From a virus, in the IMG/VR virus record IMGVR_UViG_3300044732_000737, positions 1-64,000 of that record: a stretch of 64,000 bases of DNA. The stretch is one strand, 5' to 3'. Shown here in pieces: positions 8,943-21,400 of this stretch (position 1 is the stretch's first letter; each line of letters opens with the position of its first letter). The notes beneath the pieces were generated by a model. That model saw only the letters and a list, made by a program, of their open reading frames with translations. It made no database searches and was not told the DNA's origin. The position numbers were made by a program, and so were the translations under genes.

Positions 8943-9176
8943 TTAAGCAGGTACTGGTTGAGTCTCTGCTGGTTGCTCTTCTGATAAAGCTTTCTTAAGC
9001 ATATCAAAGAACGTGTTACGACCTACTTGGAGTTGATCCAAGTTGAATTTAGAGGAGTCGATTTTGCGATCTAAGTCTGCAACATGGTTTAACAACATTT
9101 GCTGTTGTTGACTCATGTCCTCATACTTGTATTCTACGCCATCGATATTTACAGGGGTCTTTTCATTTTTTCCCAT
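8943..9176 (-). CDS. Small coiled-coil protein of the tail-fibre locus
   Basis: IDGVEYKYEDMS...HVADLDRKI...QLQVGR pattern; last gene of the late operon. Confidence 0.7.
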   Translation of the reverse strand: MGKNEKTPVNIDGVEYKYEDMSQQQQMLLNHVADLDRKIDSSKFNLDQLQVGRNTFFDMLKKALSEEQPAETQPVPA

Positions 9177-9250
9177 TTTAATTTCCTTTTTAAATTGTCA
9201 CTAAATGTCAGGTAGTGACTTCCTGTTATATTTGTTTGATTATCTTTTAA

Positions 9251-9850
9251 TTAGAGGTAACCATTAGATAGTCCAATAGTAATACCAGTTCGTGTAGTTA
9301 ATACAGGTGAACCTGAAGAGCTTGAAGATATTTCTACAGTGTATGTAGCGGTTATTTGGTTAGCTGGACTTTGAAAGATAACGATTTCTCTACCTGAGTT
9401 TAATTGAAGCCAGCCAGTAGAAGCGGTAGATGCAGCATCTGCTCCAGGACCTCCTGTTGCTGTTTTCGTAAATCGAATCCAATAATTTGATCCTATACCG
9501 CTAGTAGTTGGGTTACCCCAAGTTTGGCCAAGGGATTGATATCCAAAATCATAACCATACTGATCCATAGTTCCATTAGCATTCCACCGAATACCTGCGC
9601 CAGCTGTTTCTCCGAAGGAGTAAAACACATCATCAATAAAGTAACCATTACCAAAACCGCTTGAATAAGCTACTGTAAAGTTCGCTTTACCCCAGCCATC
9701 GCTCATTGAAATAGTTGTGCCACTTCCAGTCTTTTGAAACAAAGATCTAAGAGCAGAATCATTCATATCAATGGTAGCAGTGGCTGATCGTCCAAGTTCA
9801 GTGTTTACTTGGTTTAATGATATAGTACTGCCAGATCCTGGAAGTGCCAT
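9251..9850 (-). CDS. Putative tail-fibre tip adhesin / virion protein
   Basis: N-terminal MALPGSG..ISLNQVNTELG...TISMSDGWGK module followed by a Gly/Ser/aromatic beta-rich domain; lies downstream of an S74 fibre. Confidence 0.55.
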   Translation of the reverse strand: MALPGSGSTISLNQVNTELGRSATATIDMNDSALRSLFQKTGSGTTISMSDGWGKANFTVAYSSGFGNGYFIDDVFYSFGETAGAGIRWNANGTMDQYGYDFGYQSLGQTWGNPTTSGIGSNYWIRFTKTATGGPGADAASTASTGWLQLNSGREIVIFQSPANQITATYTVEISSSSSGSPVLTTRTGITIGLSNGYL

Positions 9851-9852
9851 AA

Positions 9853-10203
9853 TTATGCCTCAGTAGGTGTTGCTTCTGGGGCAGGTGCCCAAGGCATTGG
9901 GGTAGAAACCAAAGCAGCTTTTGCAACTTCTTTCCCTAACACATATTCAATATGTGCTTTGATAGCAGGAATGCGCTCATCTGTAGCTTCAACCCAAGCC
10001 ATAACAGCAGTTTCTGTTAGACTAGTCAATGGTACAAAGTTAGCAGAATCAGGATCACCAAGCTCGGTTGTCTGTGGTAATTCAAACTTCTGACCAGCCT
10101 CTTCACCGATTAGTGTCCATTCAACTTGTTTCACTGTGTTTTCTAATCCGTTAACTGTAGCAGTACGGATACCGTTAATTTTAATTGTAAATGCAATTGC
10201 CAT
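9853..10203 (-). CDS. Tail-fibre accessory protein (paralogue 3)
   Basis: FVPLTSLTETAVMAWV...MPWAPAPE, similar to 15068-15433. Confidence 0.7.
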   Translation of the reverse strand: MAIAFTIKINGIRTATVNGLENTVKQVEWTLIGEEAGQKFELPQTTELGDPDSANFVPLTSLTETAVMAWVEATDERIPAIKAHIEYVLGKEVAKAALVSTPMPWAPAPEATPTEA

Positions 10204-10205
10204 AT

Positions 10206-10553
10206 TTACTCCTGTTTAGCCAATTCTTGACTTATAATGTTTTTAAAAATCTGTATTAATTCTTCAGGTATTGAATCATCAAGCCATTCCAAAATAATTT
10301 CATTTGTAATTTGATCATACGGTATATAATTGTTTTGATCAAATACTGAAGGTGTTACAGTAACTTCACCTGTAGAGGGGTTAGTTGTTTCAATTGGTTT
10401 TAATTCAAAAGGAATAACTCCCTGACAAAACGAAGAATTACCTGATTCATTTGTACCTACATAATCATAATGAATATGAGAAATAATATCAGGTATTCCA
10501 TATACTTTGGTACGACTTAATTGTCGGACATTAAATGTGTATGTGATATTCAT
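10206..10553 (-). CDS. Tail-fibre accessory protein (paralogue 2)
   Basis: MNITYTF...YIPYDQITNEIILEWL, similar to 15068-15433. Confidence 0.65.
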   Translation of the reverse strand: MNITYTFNVRQLSRTKVYGIPDIISHIHYDYVGTNESGNSSFCQGVIPFELKPIETTNPSTGEVTVTPSVFDQNNYIPYDQITNEIILEWLDDSIPEELIQIFKNIISQELAKQE

Positions 10554-13500
10554 GAGTTAACTTTCTTTTCTAATTCTTCTATTTTAGAGTTTAATTTTTC
10601 AACTGTAGAAGTTAATTCTTTAATAGCTTCAATAAACAAACCAGCCATGTTACCATATTGAACACCATACTCATCTACATCTTTTGCATAAGTAACTGCT
10701 TCGGGTAAAACTTCATTTACTTCTTGGGCAATTACTCCAATTTGACGTTTGTTAGTATCAACTTTATCGTCATTTGTTTCAATACGTTTGTAAAATACAC
10801 CACGTAATTTGTTAACAGTAGCAAGGGCGTTGTCAACAGTTACAATTTCTCTTTTCTTACGAACGTCTGAATAAGCAACTACGTTACCTGTTGAATAGAT
10901 ACCGCCATCTACATACATAGCATATGCTGAACTTGTTGATGATGTTCTTACACCAAGGCAAGCATTACCTACAGACCAATAATAGACCCAGTATGTGTAG
11001 TTATATAGACCACCGTTTCCACCGCTATCAAACATACCAATAGTTGCGTTGTTAGAACTTGGGAGTCTTATTCCGGAATAACTATTTTTAATTCCAGACA
11101 ATTGCATTGGTCCGTATGTGCTGTCGTTTGCATGCCAATGTGGTGTGCCAGATGAGTTAGGCCAATAAGTACCATAATTACCATCCATTTGAATCCAGTT
11201 GTTTGGACGGAAATAGCCACCTCCGGCTAATGTTAACTGATACAAATATGAAACACCATTTGGATTTACGTAATAACCTGTGTCAGCGTAATCGTAAAAA
11301 ATTGGGGATCTGAAAGAACCATCACTAGCAACCTGAGAAAAAATACCGCCAGATGCGCCATTGCCAAAGTTAACAGCGGTACCTGCATAGTAGTTGAGAT
11401 ACATAGCATTACCAGCTTTTGCATCTAAGTGCAAATTACCATCTGTGGTTGTAACACTTGCGTAGGCGGTATTCCAATTACCATTCCCACCAACAATAAG
11501 ATACTGCCCCCAAGAAACGTTAGGGCCAAACAAAGCACCGCCACGCATACGCAGTGCTGTATTACTTGTACTGTTAGGGTCTATATAGTAACCAGTATCA
11601 TTTCTGTCATAAAAAATAGGTGCTCTAAGATCATCCGGTACTGAATTAATATTACCTGTATGAAGCATCTCTACCCAGCTTCTTGGAGTTGCCCAAGAAC
11701 TTCTCCAGAAGAATCTATTATCCGCTTCTCCGGCACATACCATTTGGAAACCGTACACATTTGCGCTATTTTGATGGTTATAATGACATCCCTGCAAGCC
11801 CACGTAGTGGGAAGACAAACCACCAGCAGGTGCACTTCCAGGGTTACTCCAACTATCAATATAACCAGAGCCCCAATTAGAAAAGATGGTAGTTAAATCA
11901 ATTGTACCATTACCCATTGTACCATTACGATAATTTGCTGAACCAGCGTATCTAGCTGCATAGGGCGAGTTTGCTGACATTGCATTCATGTCATTGTAAC
12001 TCATAGTGAATTCACTAAGCTTATACAGATTAGATGTACTATTTGGATCTACAAAATATCCAGTGTCTTGCTGATCATAAAATAAATTAGCTCGCATGTC
12101 ACTAGTATTTATCTGACTGCCGCCATTTACTTGTATTTGGGCATTAAAATAAAAATTACTCAGGCTAGTATAAATATGAGCATGGCCACTATTTGCAGGT
12201 CCAAACTGAATCCAACCATAAGGTGTGGTATTACGCATACCCCAGTCACCCGCATGGATGTAGTACCCGCCATCGCCAAAGTCAATACTAGATTGTCTAC
12301 TTCTACCTGCAGGGTCTGTAAAGTAGGCTGTGTTATTATTGTCGTAATAAATTGGCGCTCTGACATCTCCTGCATATAAAATATTTTCTACACGGACATT
12401 GTTATCACCCTTGGCAATAGAAAATACTTCTGTTCCACTATAGTATTTAATAGAATTGTTATAAAAACGTATACCACCGTAATTATAAGCGGCACCTATC
12501 TTAATACCAGTATGCCAATCTAAAGTTAATTTTGTGTAATTACCACCATAATTTTCTAATGTGGTTCCAATAGAATATCCTTGAATATCACTTTCATTAT
12601 GGCTATTAAAGAATAATGTACCTTGTCCAGCAGTGTCGTATACTGTTCCACTAGTATATCCTAAATCAAGGGATTTTAATTCACTTTTACTATTTGGGTC
12701 TACGTAATAAGTAGTATCATTGCTGTCGTAAAATATTGGTGCACGCAACGAGCTAGATGCTTGACCAGTACCGCCACTTAATGTAAATGTCCAATTACTG
12801 CCATAGCCATAGTTATCAAAATTATAGGAATTGGCATTAAAGTAACGATTTCCACCGCTAGTATAATCTCGAGAACCCCATGAGCCAACGCTACCTGCTG
12901 TGCCACCTAGATGCAAAATACCTGCAAAATGTGAGTCGCCTGCTATTGATAAACGTGTATCAGGTGTTGCACCGCCTAGACCTAAACTATAAAGTCTAGA
13001 GTTACCATTAGGGCTTGTGTAATAACTAGTGTCGTCGCTGTCATAAAAGATTGGTGCACGAGACGAGTTTATCGAAAGCGAGTAATCGCTCATTAAACGG
13101 AAAGTTTCTGCGCTACCAGTACCCATTCGTACCCAAGCGTTGCCGCCAGCTACAAGGCTACTACCTCGAGCAAACAAATTCAAACTATTTGCGTCTGAAA
13201 CAATCGTAATACCTTCTGGAGTATATGGAGGGAAATTATCCCCTGGGCCTTTAATTAAAAAGTAACCAGCATCTGCAGCTGTTGATGAGCTTGTACTTTT
13301 AGAAAAGAAAAATCCTGCATATCCACCATCAGATGGTGCTTGAATACCTAAGTCATAATTTCTACGTACTCCTGAAGACACTCCTGTCCAAGGAACGGAG
13401 CCTGCGGAACCAGCGCTACTAGCAGAACCAGTAACGTTAATGCTCCAAGTACCAGATGCATTTGACTGCACAGCACTAGTAAAATGAGCAATACTTGCTT

Positions 13501-15037
13501 TACGATAAAAACCGTCACTGCCTTGTGTAGTAATCACCTGTGAAACAGGAGCGTTTTCACTATTGCCAGTATTACTATTAATATAATTAAAGTAAGAATA
13601 CCCATTACCATCTCTAGTTGGGATAGTGTTTGCACCTACTGCGTCTTGAGCTGGTTTATTTCCTAAATTGTTAGAGTTAGAAGCTGTCGTAGCAGTAGCC
13701 GAATTGCCGCTAATGCTAATACCCCAAGTACCAGAAGCACCGCCACCTGTTAATGTTGGGGCGTAGGAGTTGTAATTACCTGCGGTAAGTACTTGGCTGC
13801 CATTCTGTGTAATTGCGCCAAGAGTATTAAATGCGCCATTGTCGGTAAACCTAAACCTTTCAGTTGGTGTACCAGATACATTTGTCATGAAGCGCAAAGA
13901 CCACCCAGTGTTATCACCAAACTGAATATAGTTTGAGAATGGGCTGGTTGAGTTGGCAAAAGATAAATTACCAGTCAGCGTACCGCCAGCTAATGGCAAG
14001 TACGTACTAGCCGCTGATGCAGAAGTCAAATACCCTGACAACGCAGCACTGGTAATATACCCGCTAGGATTACTAGAGTTATAAGGCGTATATCCCAATG
14101 CAGTAGTAACCATTCCAGAGGTAATACCTGAAATATAACCGCTAGGATTAGTAGCATTATATGGAGTAAACCCAAGAGCAGTAGTTACATTTGAACTAGT
14201 AATGCCTGTAATATATCCATTAGGGTTAGTACTGTTATAAGGTGTAAATCCAAGAGCAGTCGTAACTTGGCTTGATGTAATGCCAGTCAGATATCCACTT
14301 GGATTAGTAGCATTATAAGGAGTAAACCCTAATGCACCAGTAACATCTGCTGAACTTAAAGTAATAGCACCAGTGCGAGTATTAAAGCTAGTCACACCAC
14401 CAACAATATTAATAACACCTGTGGTTGAGTTGTATGAACCAGCACCAGTAACGCTAATAGATGCCCTAGCACGAGCATCCGTGAAATAAAGATTTGTTCC
14501 CTCTACAATACCTGAAGTACTGGGGGTTGTATAACTAAACACACCTGTTGCAGAGTTATAGCTTAGGTCACCAGAGGCACTAACCGCACCTCTAGCTAAA
14601 GTATCCGTATATTGTGTAATAGTAGTGCTAATAGCACCAGTAGTAGAATTATAACTAATCCCAGTACTGGCACTTAGAGCACCTCTAGCACGAGCATCTG
14701 TATAGTAAAGGTTAGTACCCTCACTAATTCCTGATGTCGAAGGAGTTGTATAGCTGAAAACACCAGTTGCTGAATTGTAACTGAGGCTTCCAGAAGCACT
14801 TACAGATGCCCGAGAACGAGCATCCGTAAAGTACAAGTTTGTATTTTCTATAATGTTAGCAGTTGTGGGCTTATTTAGAAGATCTGAGTAAGATCCGCTT
14901 GTAGCTACAGCATGTAAGCCTAGAGCGGCCTTAGCATCAGCTTGGGAGCTTCCGCCAGTACCGCCATAAGCAATGCCTAGTATACCACTAGAATCTGTGC
15001 CCTCTGCTAATTTAGATAAATTACGTGGTATACTCAT
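10550..15037 (-). CDS. Long tail fibre 2 with C-terminal intramolecular chaperone (peptidase S74) domain
   Basis: ALGFTPYNxTNPxGY and RAPIFYDxxDTxYY repeats; C-terminal YSDVRKK...LRGVFY...GVIAQEV...QYGNMAGLFIEAIKEL plus coiled coil. Confidence 0.9.
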   Translation of the reverse strand: MSIPRNLSKLAEGTDSSGILGIAYGGTGGSSQADAKAALGLHAVATSGSYSDLLNKPTTANIIENTNLYFTDARSRASVSASGSLSYNSATGVFSYTTPSTSGISEGTNLYYTDARARGALSASTGISYNSTTGAISTTITQYTDTLARGAVSASGDLSYNSATGVFSYTTPSTSGIVEGTNLYFTDARARASISVTGAGSYNSTTGVINIVGGVTSFNTRTGAITLSSADVTGALGFTPYNATNPSGYLTGITSSQVTTALGFTPYNSTNPNGYITGITSSNVTTALGFTPYNATNPSGYISGITSGMVTTALGYTPYNSSNPSGYITSAALSGYLTSASAASTYLPLAGGTLTGNLSFANSTSPFSNYIQFGDNTGWSLRFMTNVSGTPTERFRFTDNGAFNTLGAITQNGSQVLTAGNYNSYAPTLTGGGASGTWGISISGNSATATTASNSNNLGNKPAQDAVGANTIPTRDGNGYSYFNYINSNTGNSENAPVSQVITTQGSDGFYRKASIAHFTSAVQSNASGTWSINVTGSASSAGSAGSVPWTGVSSGVRRNYDLGIQAPSDGGYAGFFFSKSTSSSTAADAGYFLIKGPGDNFPPYTPEGITIVSDANSLNLFARGSSLVAGGNAWVRMGTGSAETFRLMSDYSLSINSSRAPIFYDSDDTSYYTSPNGNSRLYSLGLGGATPDTRLSIAGDSHFAGILHLGGTAGSVGSWGSRDYTSGGNRYFNANSYNFDNYGYGSNWTFTLSGGTGQASSSLRAPIFYDSNDTTYYVDPNSKSELKSLDLGYTSGTVYDTAGQGTLFFNSHNESDIQGYSIGTTLENYGGNYTKLTLDWHTGIKIGAAYNYGGIRFYNNSIKYYSGTEVFSIAKGDNNVRVENILYAGDVRAPIYYDNNNTAYFTDPAGRSRQSSIDFGDGGYYIHAGDWGMRNTTPYGWIQFGPANSGHAHIYTSLSNFYFNAQIQVNGGSQINTSDMRANLFYDQQDTGYFVDPNSTSNLYKLSEFTMSYNDMNAMSANSPYAARYAGSANYRNGTMGNGTIDLTTIFSNWGSGYIDSWSNPGSAPAGGLSSHYVGLQGCHYNHQNSANVYGFQMVCAGEADNRFFWRSSWATPRSWVEMLHTGNINSVPDDLRAPIFYDRNDTGYYIDPNSTSNTALRMRGGALFGPNVSWGQYLIVGGNGNWNTAYASVTTTDGNLHLDAKAGNAMYLNYYAGTAVNFGNGASGGIFSQVASDGSFRSPIFYDYADTGYYVNPNGVSYLYQLTLAGGGYFRPNNWIQMDGNYGTYWPNSSGTPHWHANDSTYGPMQLSGIKNSYSGIRLPSSNNATIGMFDSGGNGGLYNYTYWVYYWSVGNACLGVRTSSTSSAYAMYVDGGIYSTGNVVAYSDVRKKREIVTVDNALATVNKLRGVFYKRIETNDDKVDTNKRQIGVIAQEVNEVLPEAVTYAKDVDEYGVQYGNMAGLFIEAIKELTSTVEKLNSKIEELEKKVNS

Positions 15038-15067
15038 TAAGTACCTCTTTTGGTTTTGTTGTTAACC

Positions 15068-15433
15068 TTATGCGGGTGTTGGAGCAGGTGTCTCTGGAGC
15101 AGGAGCCCAAGGCATCTGGGCCTCGGTTACTGGATTGTGCTTCTCATCAATCTGCTTTTGAATTTGAGCATTTACGTGCTCTTCGTAACCGCCAACAACT
15201 ACTGCTTTAATCCAGTTCAGAATGATCTCTTCAGTCAGCTCTGAGAATGGAATAAAGGTTGAACCTTCAGGCATGGTTGTTGAAGTAAATGGGGTTGCTC
15301 CCGAGAAAGTACCCTCGTGTCCGTCCTCATCTACACCAGTCTTGGTCCAGTAAGTTTGAACAACAGCGCTCTGATGAGCACCTTCGGTTTTTGTCTTTAA
15401 GGAAGTAACTTTCCATGTGTATGTAACGGCCAT
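15068..15433 (-). CDS. Tail-fibre accessory protein (paralogue 1)
   Basis: MAVTYTWKV...FIPFSELTEEIILNWI...MPWAPAPE; directly after fibre 1. Confidence 0.7.
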   Translation of the reverse strand: MAVTYTWKVTSLKTKTEGAHQSAVVQTYWTKTGVDEDGHEGTFSGATPFTSTTMPEGSTFIPFSELTEEIILNWIKAVVVGGYEEHVNAQIQKQIDEKHNPVTEAQMPWAPAPETPAPTPA

Positions 15434-15464
15434 AATTTTCTCCTAAAATTGGCTATAGTAAAAG

Positions 15465-18400
15465 TTAGCGGTTTGCTAACAAGGATTTGACTAGTGATTT
15501 TAATTCATCTAGTTCTGATTGTTGTTGTTGTAGTTGTGAACGTAATGTTGTGACTTCAGTGTCTTGCTCTTTGATGGCTTCTACCAAGAGACCTACCATA
15601 TTGCCATAAGCAACATTTCTTAAGCCATCTTCATCTTGTTCTACAACTTCAGGTAAAACCTTTTCAACTTGTTGAGCAATTACACCAGAGTATCTACGGG
15701 TTTTGTCGTCTAAGTCGTTTCTAGTATAAGTTACGCCTTGAATCAGTTTTACTTTACTTAAAGCATTATCAATTACTTGAATATTTTCTTTTAGTTTAAT
15801 ATCTGAATAAGCTGTAACATTTCCTGTAACGATTAAGTCGTTGCCATTAAAGTAGCCCGAGCCATTTATGTTTCCAGTGTTTCCTGAAATATATGCATCA
15901 ACTGCAGTATATCCGTTTACTGAATGGAACACAATTCTTCCAGTAGCAGCGATTCGAACACGATCATGAATTGTTGAAGTGTCTGGATCGTTACCTTTAA
16001 AGATTAACAATTCGGATTGGTCAGCAGCTCCCCACAATCTGTCAATAATTGCTGCGTGGTCGTAAGCACCTGCACCATCTCCACTGTTTCCATAGAAACG
16101 AATAGCATTACCTGTAGTACCTCCATCAGCTGGGGAAATTTGAATACCGCCAATGCGAGAAGTACCGGCTGGATCTACATAATAACCAGTGTCGGGGCTG
16201 TCGTAAAAGATTGGTGCACGGAAAGAACCACTAGCAAAGACATTACCACCAGTATCAACACCTGCAACAGTAGCGGTTGCGGCTTCAGAATAAAAGTGGA
16301 AACTTTCATTGCCAACTAAAACATTAGCCATCCTTTTGCCGACATACCAACCACTACCAGAACCTCCATTGTAACGAACCATGGCCTCATAGCCATTACC
16401 TGGGTTAATGTATAAGTATTTATCACTAGATCCAACAATAGTTAGATTAGAAAACGATGCTATTGGATTATTGGTTGTAAAATTTAAAGAACTTCCATCC
16501 CAATACATACCCCTACGAGAACCCCAAGAATTGTCGCCACCCATTGACCAGAAACCGTTGTTTTCACCAGCAACATAACAACCATCGACCAAAATACCCA
16601 TCTGATTAGCATTTGGCAAACCATTACCAAAAGCGATTTCGCCTCCGTTAACAGCAAGACCACTCCAACGAGAGCCTGGTAGCCCAGAACCATACCACCC
16701 ACCACCAATAGGGAGAGTGTAACTGGTGTAGTTATCTGCATGCAGGACTTGATTACCACCTTGCGTTAAGGCTCCTACAGAGTTCACAGTACCTGTTGGC
16801 GAAATTGTAAGTCGGTTGTTCCAGCCACCACTAGCATCTGGATCTGCAACTGCTGGGGCATCATAGGTTTGAAAGCGAATTGCGGGGGCACGAAGGGTAA
16901 TGTAGTCCGGACCTGCTCCCCCAGTTGCGTTGTCATTTGAATGGAACAGCAAAAGCTCAGTAATCTCATTTCCAACGTTGGGATCACCTGCTGGAATAGT
17001 GCGAGAAATAATATATGCATTTGGGTCGCCCGGAGTTGGGCCAATTCGTATCCCATCAGAGAACGTAGTACGTCCAGAAACTGTTCCACCAGTTAAAGGT
17101 AATGCGTAAGAATTGTAATTACCTGCATGAAGTGCGGTATTCCCGCCAATAGTGACTGATCCGGTATCGGTTGCCAGTGCGCATCCCCCGTATGTCGAGA
17201 GACCATATGATGGTGCACTGCGAGACCCCCATCCGGCAGGTGATCCAATGTGCACTCGCTCGTAGATGTGAAGAAAATCTCCGCTCTGACTACCAACAGC
17301 ACGGCCACGAATTGTACCTACGGAAATTGCGTTATCATCGGTGCGAGAAAAAGTTGCTGTTCCTGTAACTGTACCTCCACTCAAAGGCAAGGAATAAGAG
17401 CTGTAATTACTAGCAGTGAGCATAGTATTTCCACCCCATCTAGGGGCTTGACCAGCTTCAAGTTTAAAAACGTCAGCTGTAGTACCAGCGTCAGCACTTC
17501 GAATAATAATATCAAACACACCAGCTATAGAACTTGCTGCTGATTTGTAGGCCCTAAAGTATGCTCGGTGGTGTAAACCATCTGTGTCGTTCTGTTGAAA
17601 ACCAAGCTGAATTCTTCCACCAGACGTGTAATTCTGGAAGGTAATGTGCTCAGTGCTTGCTGTATCAAAACGAAGATATTGGATGCCACCAGCAGTTAAT
17701 GGTAAGGCGTAAGAATTATAGTTACCTGCGTGAAGAATTTGGTTGCCATTGTTTGTTACAACACCTGCTTTAGTCAGTCGCAAAATATTGTCAATTTGCG
17801 CTCCACCATTATTAGCTCCAAACACGAGGTCGTCACTACTATCAAGAGCGGTAAATCCAACATACCAGTTTCCGTCATCTCCTGCACGGTTACGTCTCCA
17901 TCGCAGTCCACCCCAAGTTGATGTGCTAGGCATTTGAAAAGCAAGGCCCTCTGCCCAACTTGAAGGTACAGGTGTAATACTTAGATTGCCACTTAAAGAA
18001 CCGCCTGTTAAAGGTAATTTTGAGCTATCTGTTGCAGATGTTGCTGTAGCTGCGTTACCCGTAATGTTAATATTCCAAGTACCAGAGGCTCCATTACCAG
18101 TCAGTGTAGGAGCATATGAGTTGTAATTACCATCATGAATAAACTGACGCCACGCTTGCCAATTTGCACCAGATTGTCTGCGGAACCATACACGATCATC
18201 ATAAAAATTTACATCTATTTGTGCGCCCCATACTGCTGCACCTTCAATACCTCCCCAAGAAAGATAGTGGTGGTCACCATCTGCAGGTTGGTTATAAGCT
18301 CCGCCAGAGGGGATATAATTTGTTCCAGCAGTAAAGGTATCAACTGCTGTAGACAACGCATTGAAATTACTATTTGTAGTACGCACTGCGTTAAGACTAC

Positions 18401-21400
18401 GAGCTTTGTAATCTTGACTATTACCTGCATGGAGAACTTGACTACCTCCTTGAGTAAGAGCGCCTGTTATGTTAACATTACCAGAGCCATCAATCCGGAT
18501 ACCAGTCGAATTGCTATCACGCCCAAACCACGCATAACCATCATATGCATCAATATACGCTGTGCCGTTAGTGTTTTGCCCAACTCGCAATTGATTGTTG
18601 ATACGTACAAGACCAGATACTGTTCCACCACTTAGTGGTAATGCATAAGAGTTGTAATTCCCAGCATGAAGGATGTTGTTATTATTAATAAAAGCAAATG
18701 AGCCATCAGCAGCGATACGTGTTGACAAACTGCCATCAGCCTTACGCAACAATAATTCACCAACATTCGTAGAAAACCAAATACCTGAATAATTTTCGTA
18801 TCCAGAAGTTCTTGAGTATACACCCCAGGAGCTAGAATCCGTAGTAGTAAGAACAGGGCCAGTTAATGTACCACCAGATAATGGTAAATAGGAGCTTAAC
18901 GCAGAACTTGTAATATACCCGCTTGGATTAGTAGCATTATAAGGTGTAAAACCTAAAGCAGTTGTTACATTAGAGCTAGTAATCTCACTCCTAATTGTAG
19001 CAGAACTCTTATTTTCTACACTACCTAAACCAACATCTGAGTTGTTTAAAGTTACAACACCTGTCTTACCAGCAACTGAATCTACAGCACCACTAGTAAT
19101 ATAAATGTAGGTAGTTCCAGACCAACGATAAGTTTTGTTAGTGTCTAACGCTACATAAATCTTTCCAGTAGTTCCTGCCCCGGGAAATGAAGCTAAGTTA
19201 GTGTACTCAAGTACATCATCGACATAGCTAGGCAATTGACTTGCAGGTACTAAGCCTGATCCATCAAGACTAGCATAGCCATTGGCATTACCTTTGTTAG
19301 CAACATTTTCAGGAGTGTACCCTAATGCTGTTGTTACATTGCCAGAAGTAATTCCAGAAATGTAGCCATTTGGGTTAGTACTATTATAAGGTGTAAATCC
19401 AAGGGCACCAGTAACATCGCCTGAAGTCAAACTAATTGCACCTGTACGAGTATTAAAACTTGTCACTCCCCCAACAATATTAATTACGCCAGTACCAGAA
19501 TCATAAGACCCTGCGCCTGTAACTGATATTGCAGAACGAGCACCAGCAGTAGTAATATAGTTAGATGGGTTAGTAGCAGGGTATGCACCAAGATTAGTTA
19601 AGGCACCACTTGCTGTAGTAGCTCCTGTACCGCCATTAGCGATTGGTAGCGTACCGGTTACATTTCCAACATCTACTAAGGACCAAGAAGTTTCTGTACC
19701 ATTTGTATTTAGAAACTTATTTGCATTAGTTGTTTGAGAAGGTAATAAACTGGCTTTTACTGCAGCAGATACAGTTCTAATATTATCTACATGCAAATAC
19801 TGTGGATGGTCATCATCACTGAGACCTGATAAGTTAGAATGGTCATTTACAGCAGCAGCAGAGACACCTGCAGATTGTACAGCCCTAAGGTCGTAGATTT
19901 CTCTTAATCTTGCATTTGGAGTATTCTCATATCCATCATTTCCCTGGAAAATAAGTTTATATAAAGGTCTAAACTCAAGAGAGGGGAAGTTAGTTAATAT
20001 CAGTTCTTCAAACTTTGCAGATTGAGCATTAGATAATGTAGTTAAGTTTGATTGACTAATAATAGCCATAACTGGATGGTTAAGGTTATTAGTTGCAATA
20101 ATCCAAGAACAAGTATAATCATTGTTAAGTACATCTGCTGTTAGCCACACTCCTCCAGAATAATAGTTATACTGAGGTCTGGCAGTACCCTGTTTTAAAG
20201 GGTAGTCTGTCGCAGTATCTAAAATCCATTCGGAAGCACCACTAAGACGCAATACAGGAATCTTTGCAGGAAACAATAGATTTTGTGTCCAGGTATTTTG
20301 AGTAGGTGTTGCTGTTGAAACAACATTAATTTCTAAGTCTTCATCAAAGAATGTACCACTCTCAATACTAATCTGTGCATCTGAATTAAGGTCACCTGTA
20401 CCAGATAGAGTATAACCATTTGCTGCAAATCCACTAGCAATAACTGCTCCACGAGTTCTATGTAAGTACTCATGAGTAGCCCAATCTAGGGTTGTACCAT
20501 GTCTTTCATCAGCAAAGTATGCAGCTTGTCCAGTTGTTGCATTCCAATAAACATAAGATACTGGAGTATCAGTGTCCCAAGTAAAGTAGGTAGTTTTATA
20601 AGATAATACACCTAAGCTACTATAGTAAATATAATACAAGGCTGTTGTATTAGGTAAAGTTATTGTTTGTGCAGTTGAAACTACATTCTTAACACCTTTA
20701 CACCATACTTCAAAAGAACCACCTACTGGACTAATTGTAAATACTCTAGTAGTTGAATTAAATGAAATACTAGAATCATTTTTATTAACAAAACCAATTG
20801 GCTCTTTAGTCGCTGAAACAATATTGTCAATTAGAGCACCTTGAGCAGCAGTAGCATAAGCTGTGCTGTCTGTTGTAGCCGCAGTACCCAATCCAAGATT
20901 AGTTCTTGCGCCAGCAGCTGTAGTGGCTCCTGTACCTCCCGATTCAATATCAACAGTACCAATAATGTTTTCAGCAAGTACTTGACCAACACCATAAACA
21001 TTATAAACCAAGGCATCAACTGCCGCTCCTGCACTAGCAGGTACAGTTAGTGTAAATGAAGTTTCATTAGTTGCTGTGTAGTCTGAAGTTTTTAACAATA
21101 CACCGTTAACATAAACTTGAATTGAGCCTAGTGGATAAGTTACATTGAATATAGTTTGTCCAGCAGTAGCCGTAAAGCTTGTGCGTGTGTAGGCGCTTGT
21201 AGGTAAATTAACTGTTGCCCAATAAGCTGCTGTACCATCAGTTCTCAGGAACTTATCAGCATGAGTGGCCTGTGGAGGCAAAGCATCTACAGTAGCCCAA
21301 GAAGCATTTGTTCCGTCTGTTGTTAAGAATTGTCCATTATGAGTTGCCTGTGTAGGTAACGCATTAATTGTTTTATTTTTCCATGTACTAGTGGCTGATT

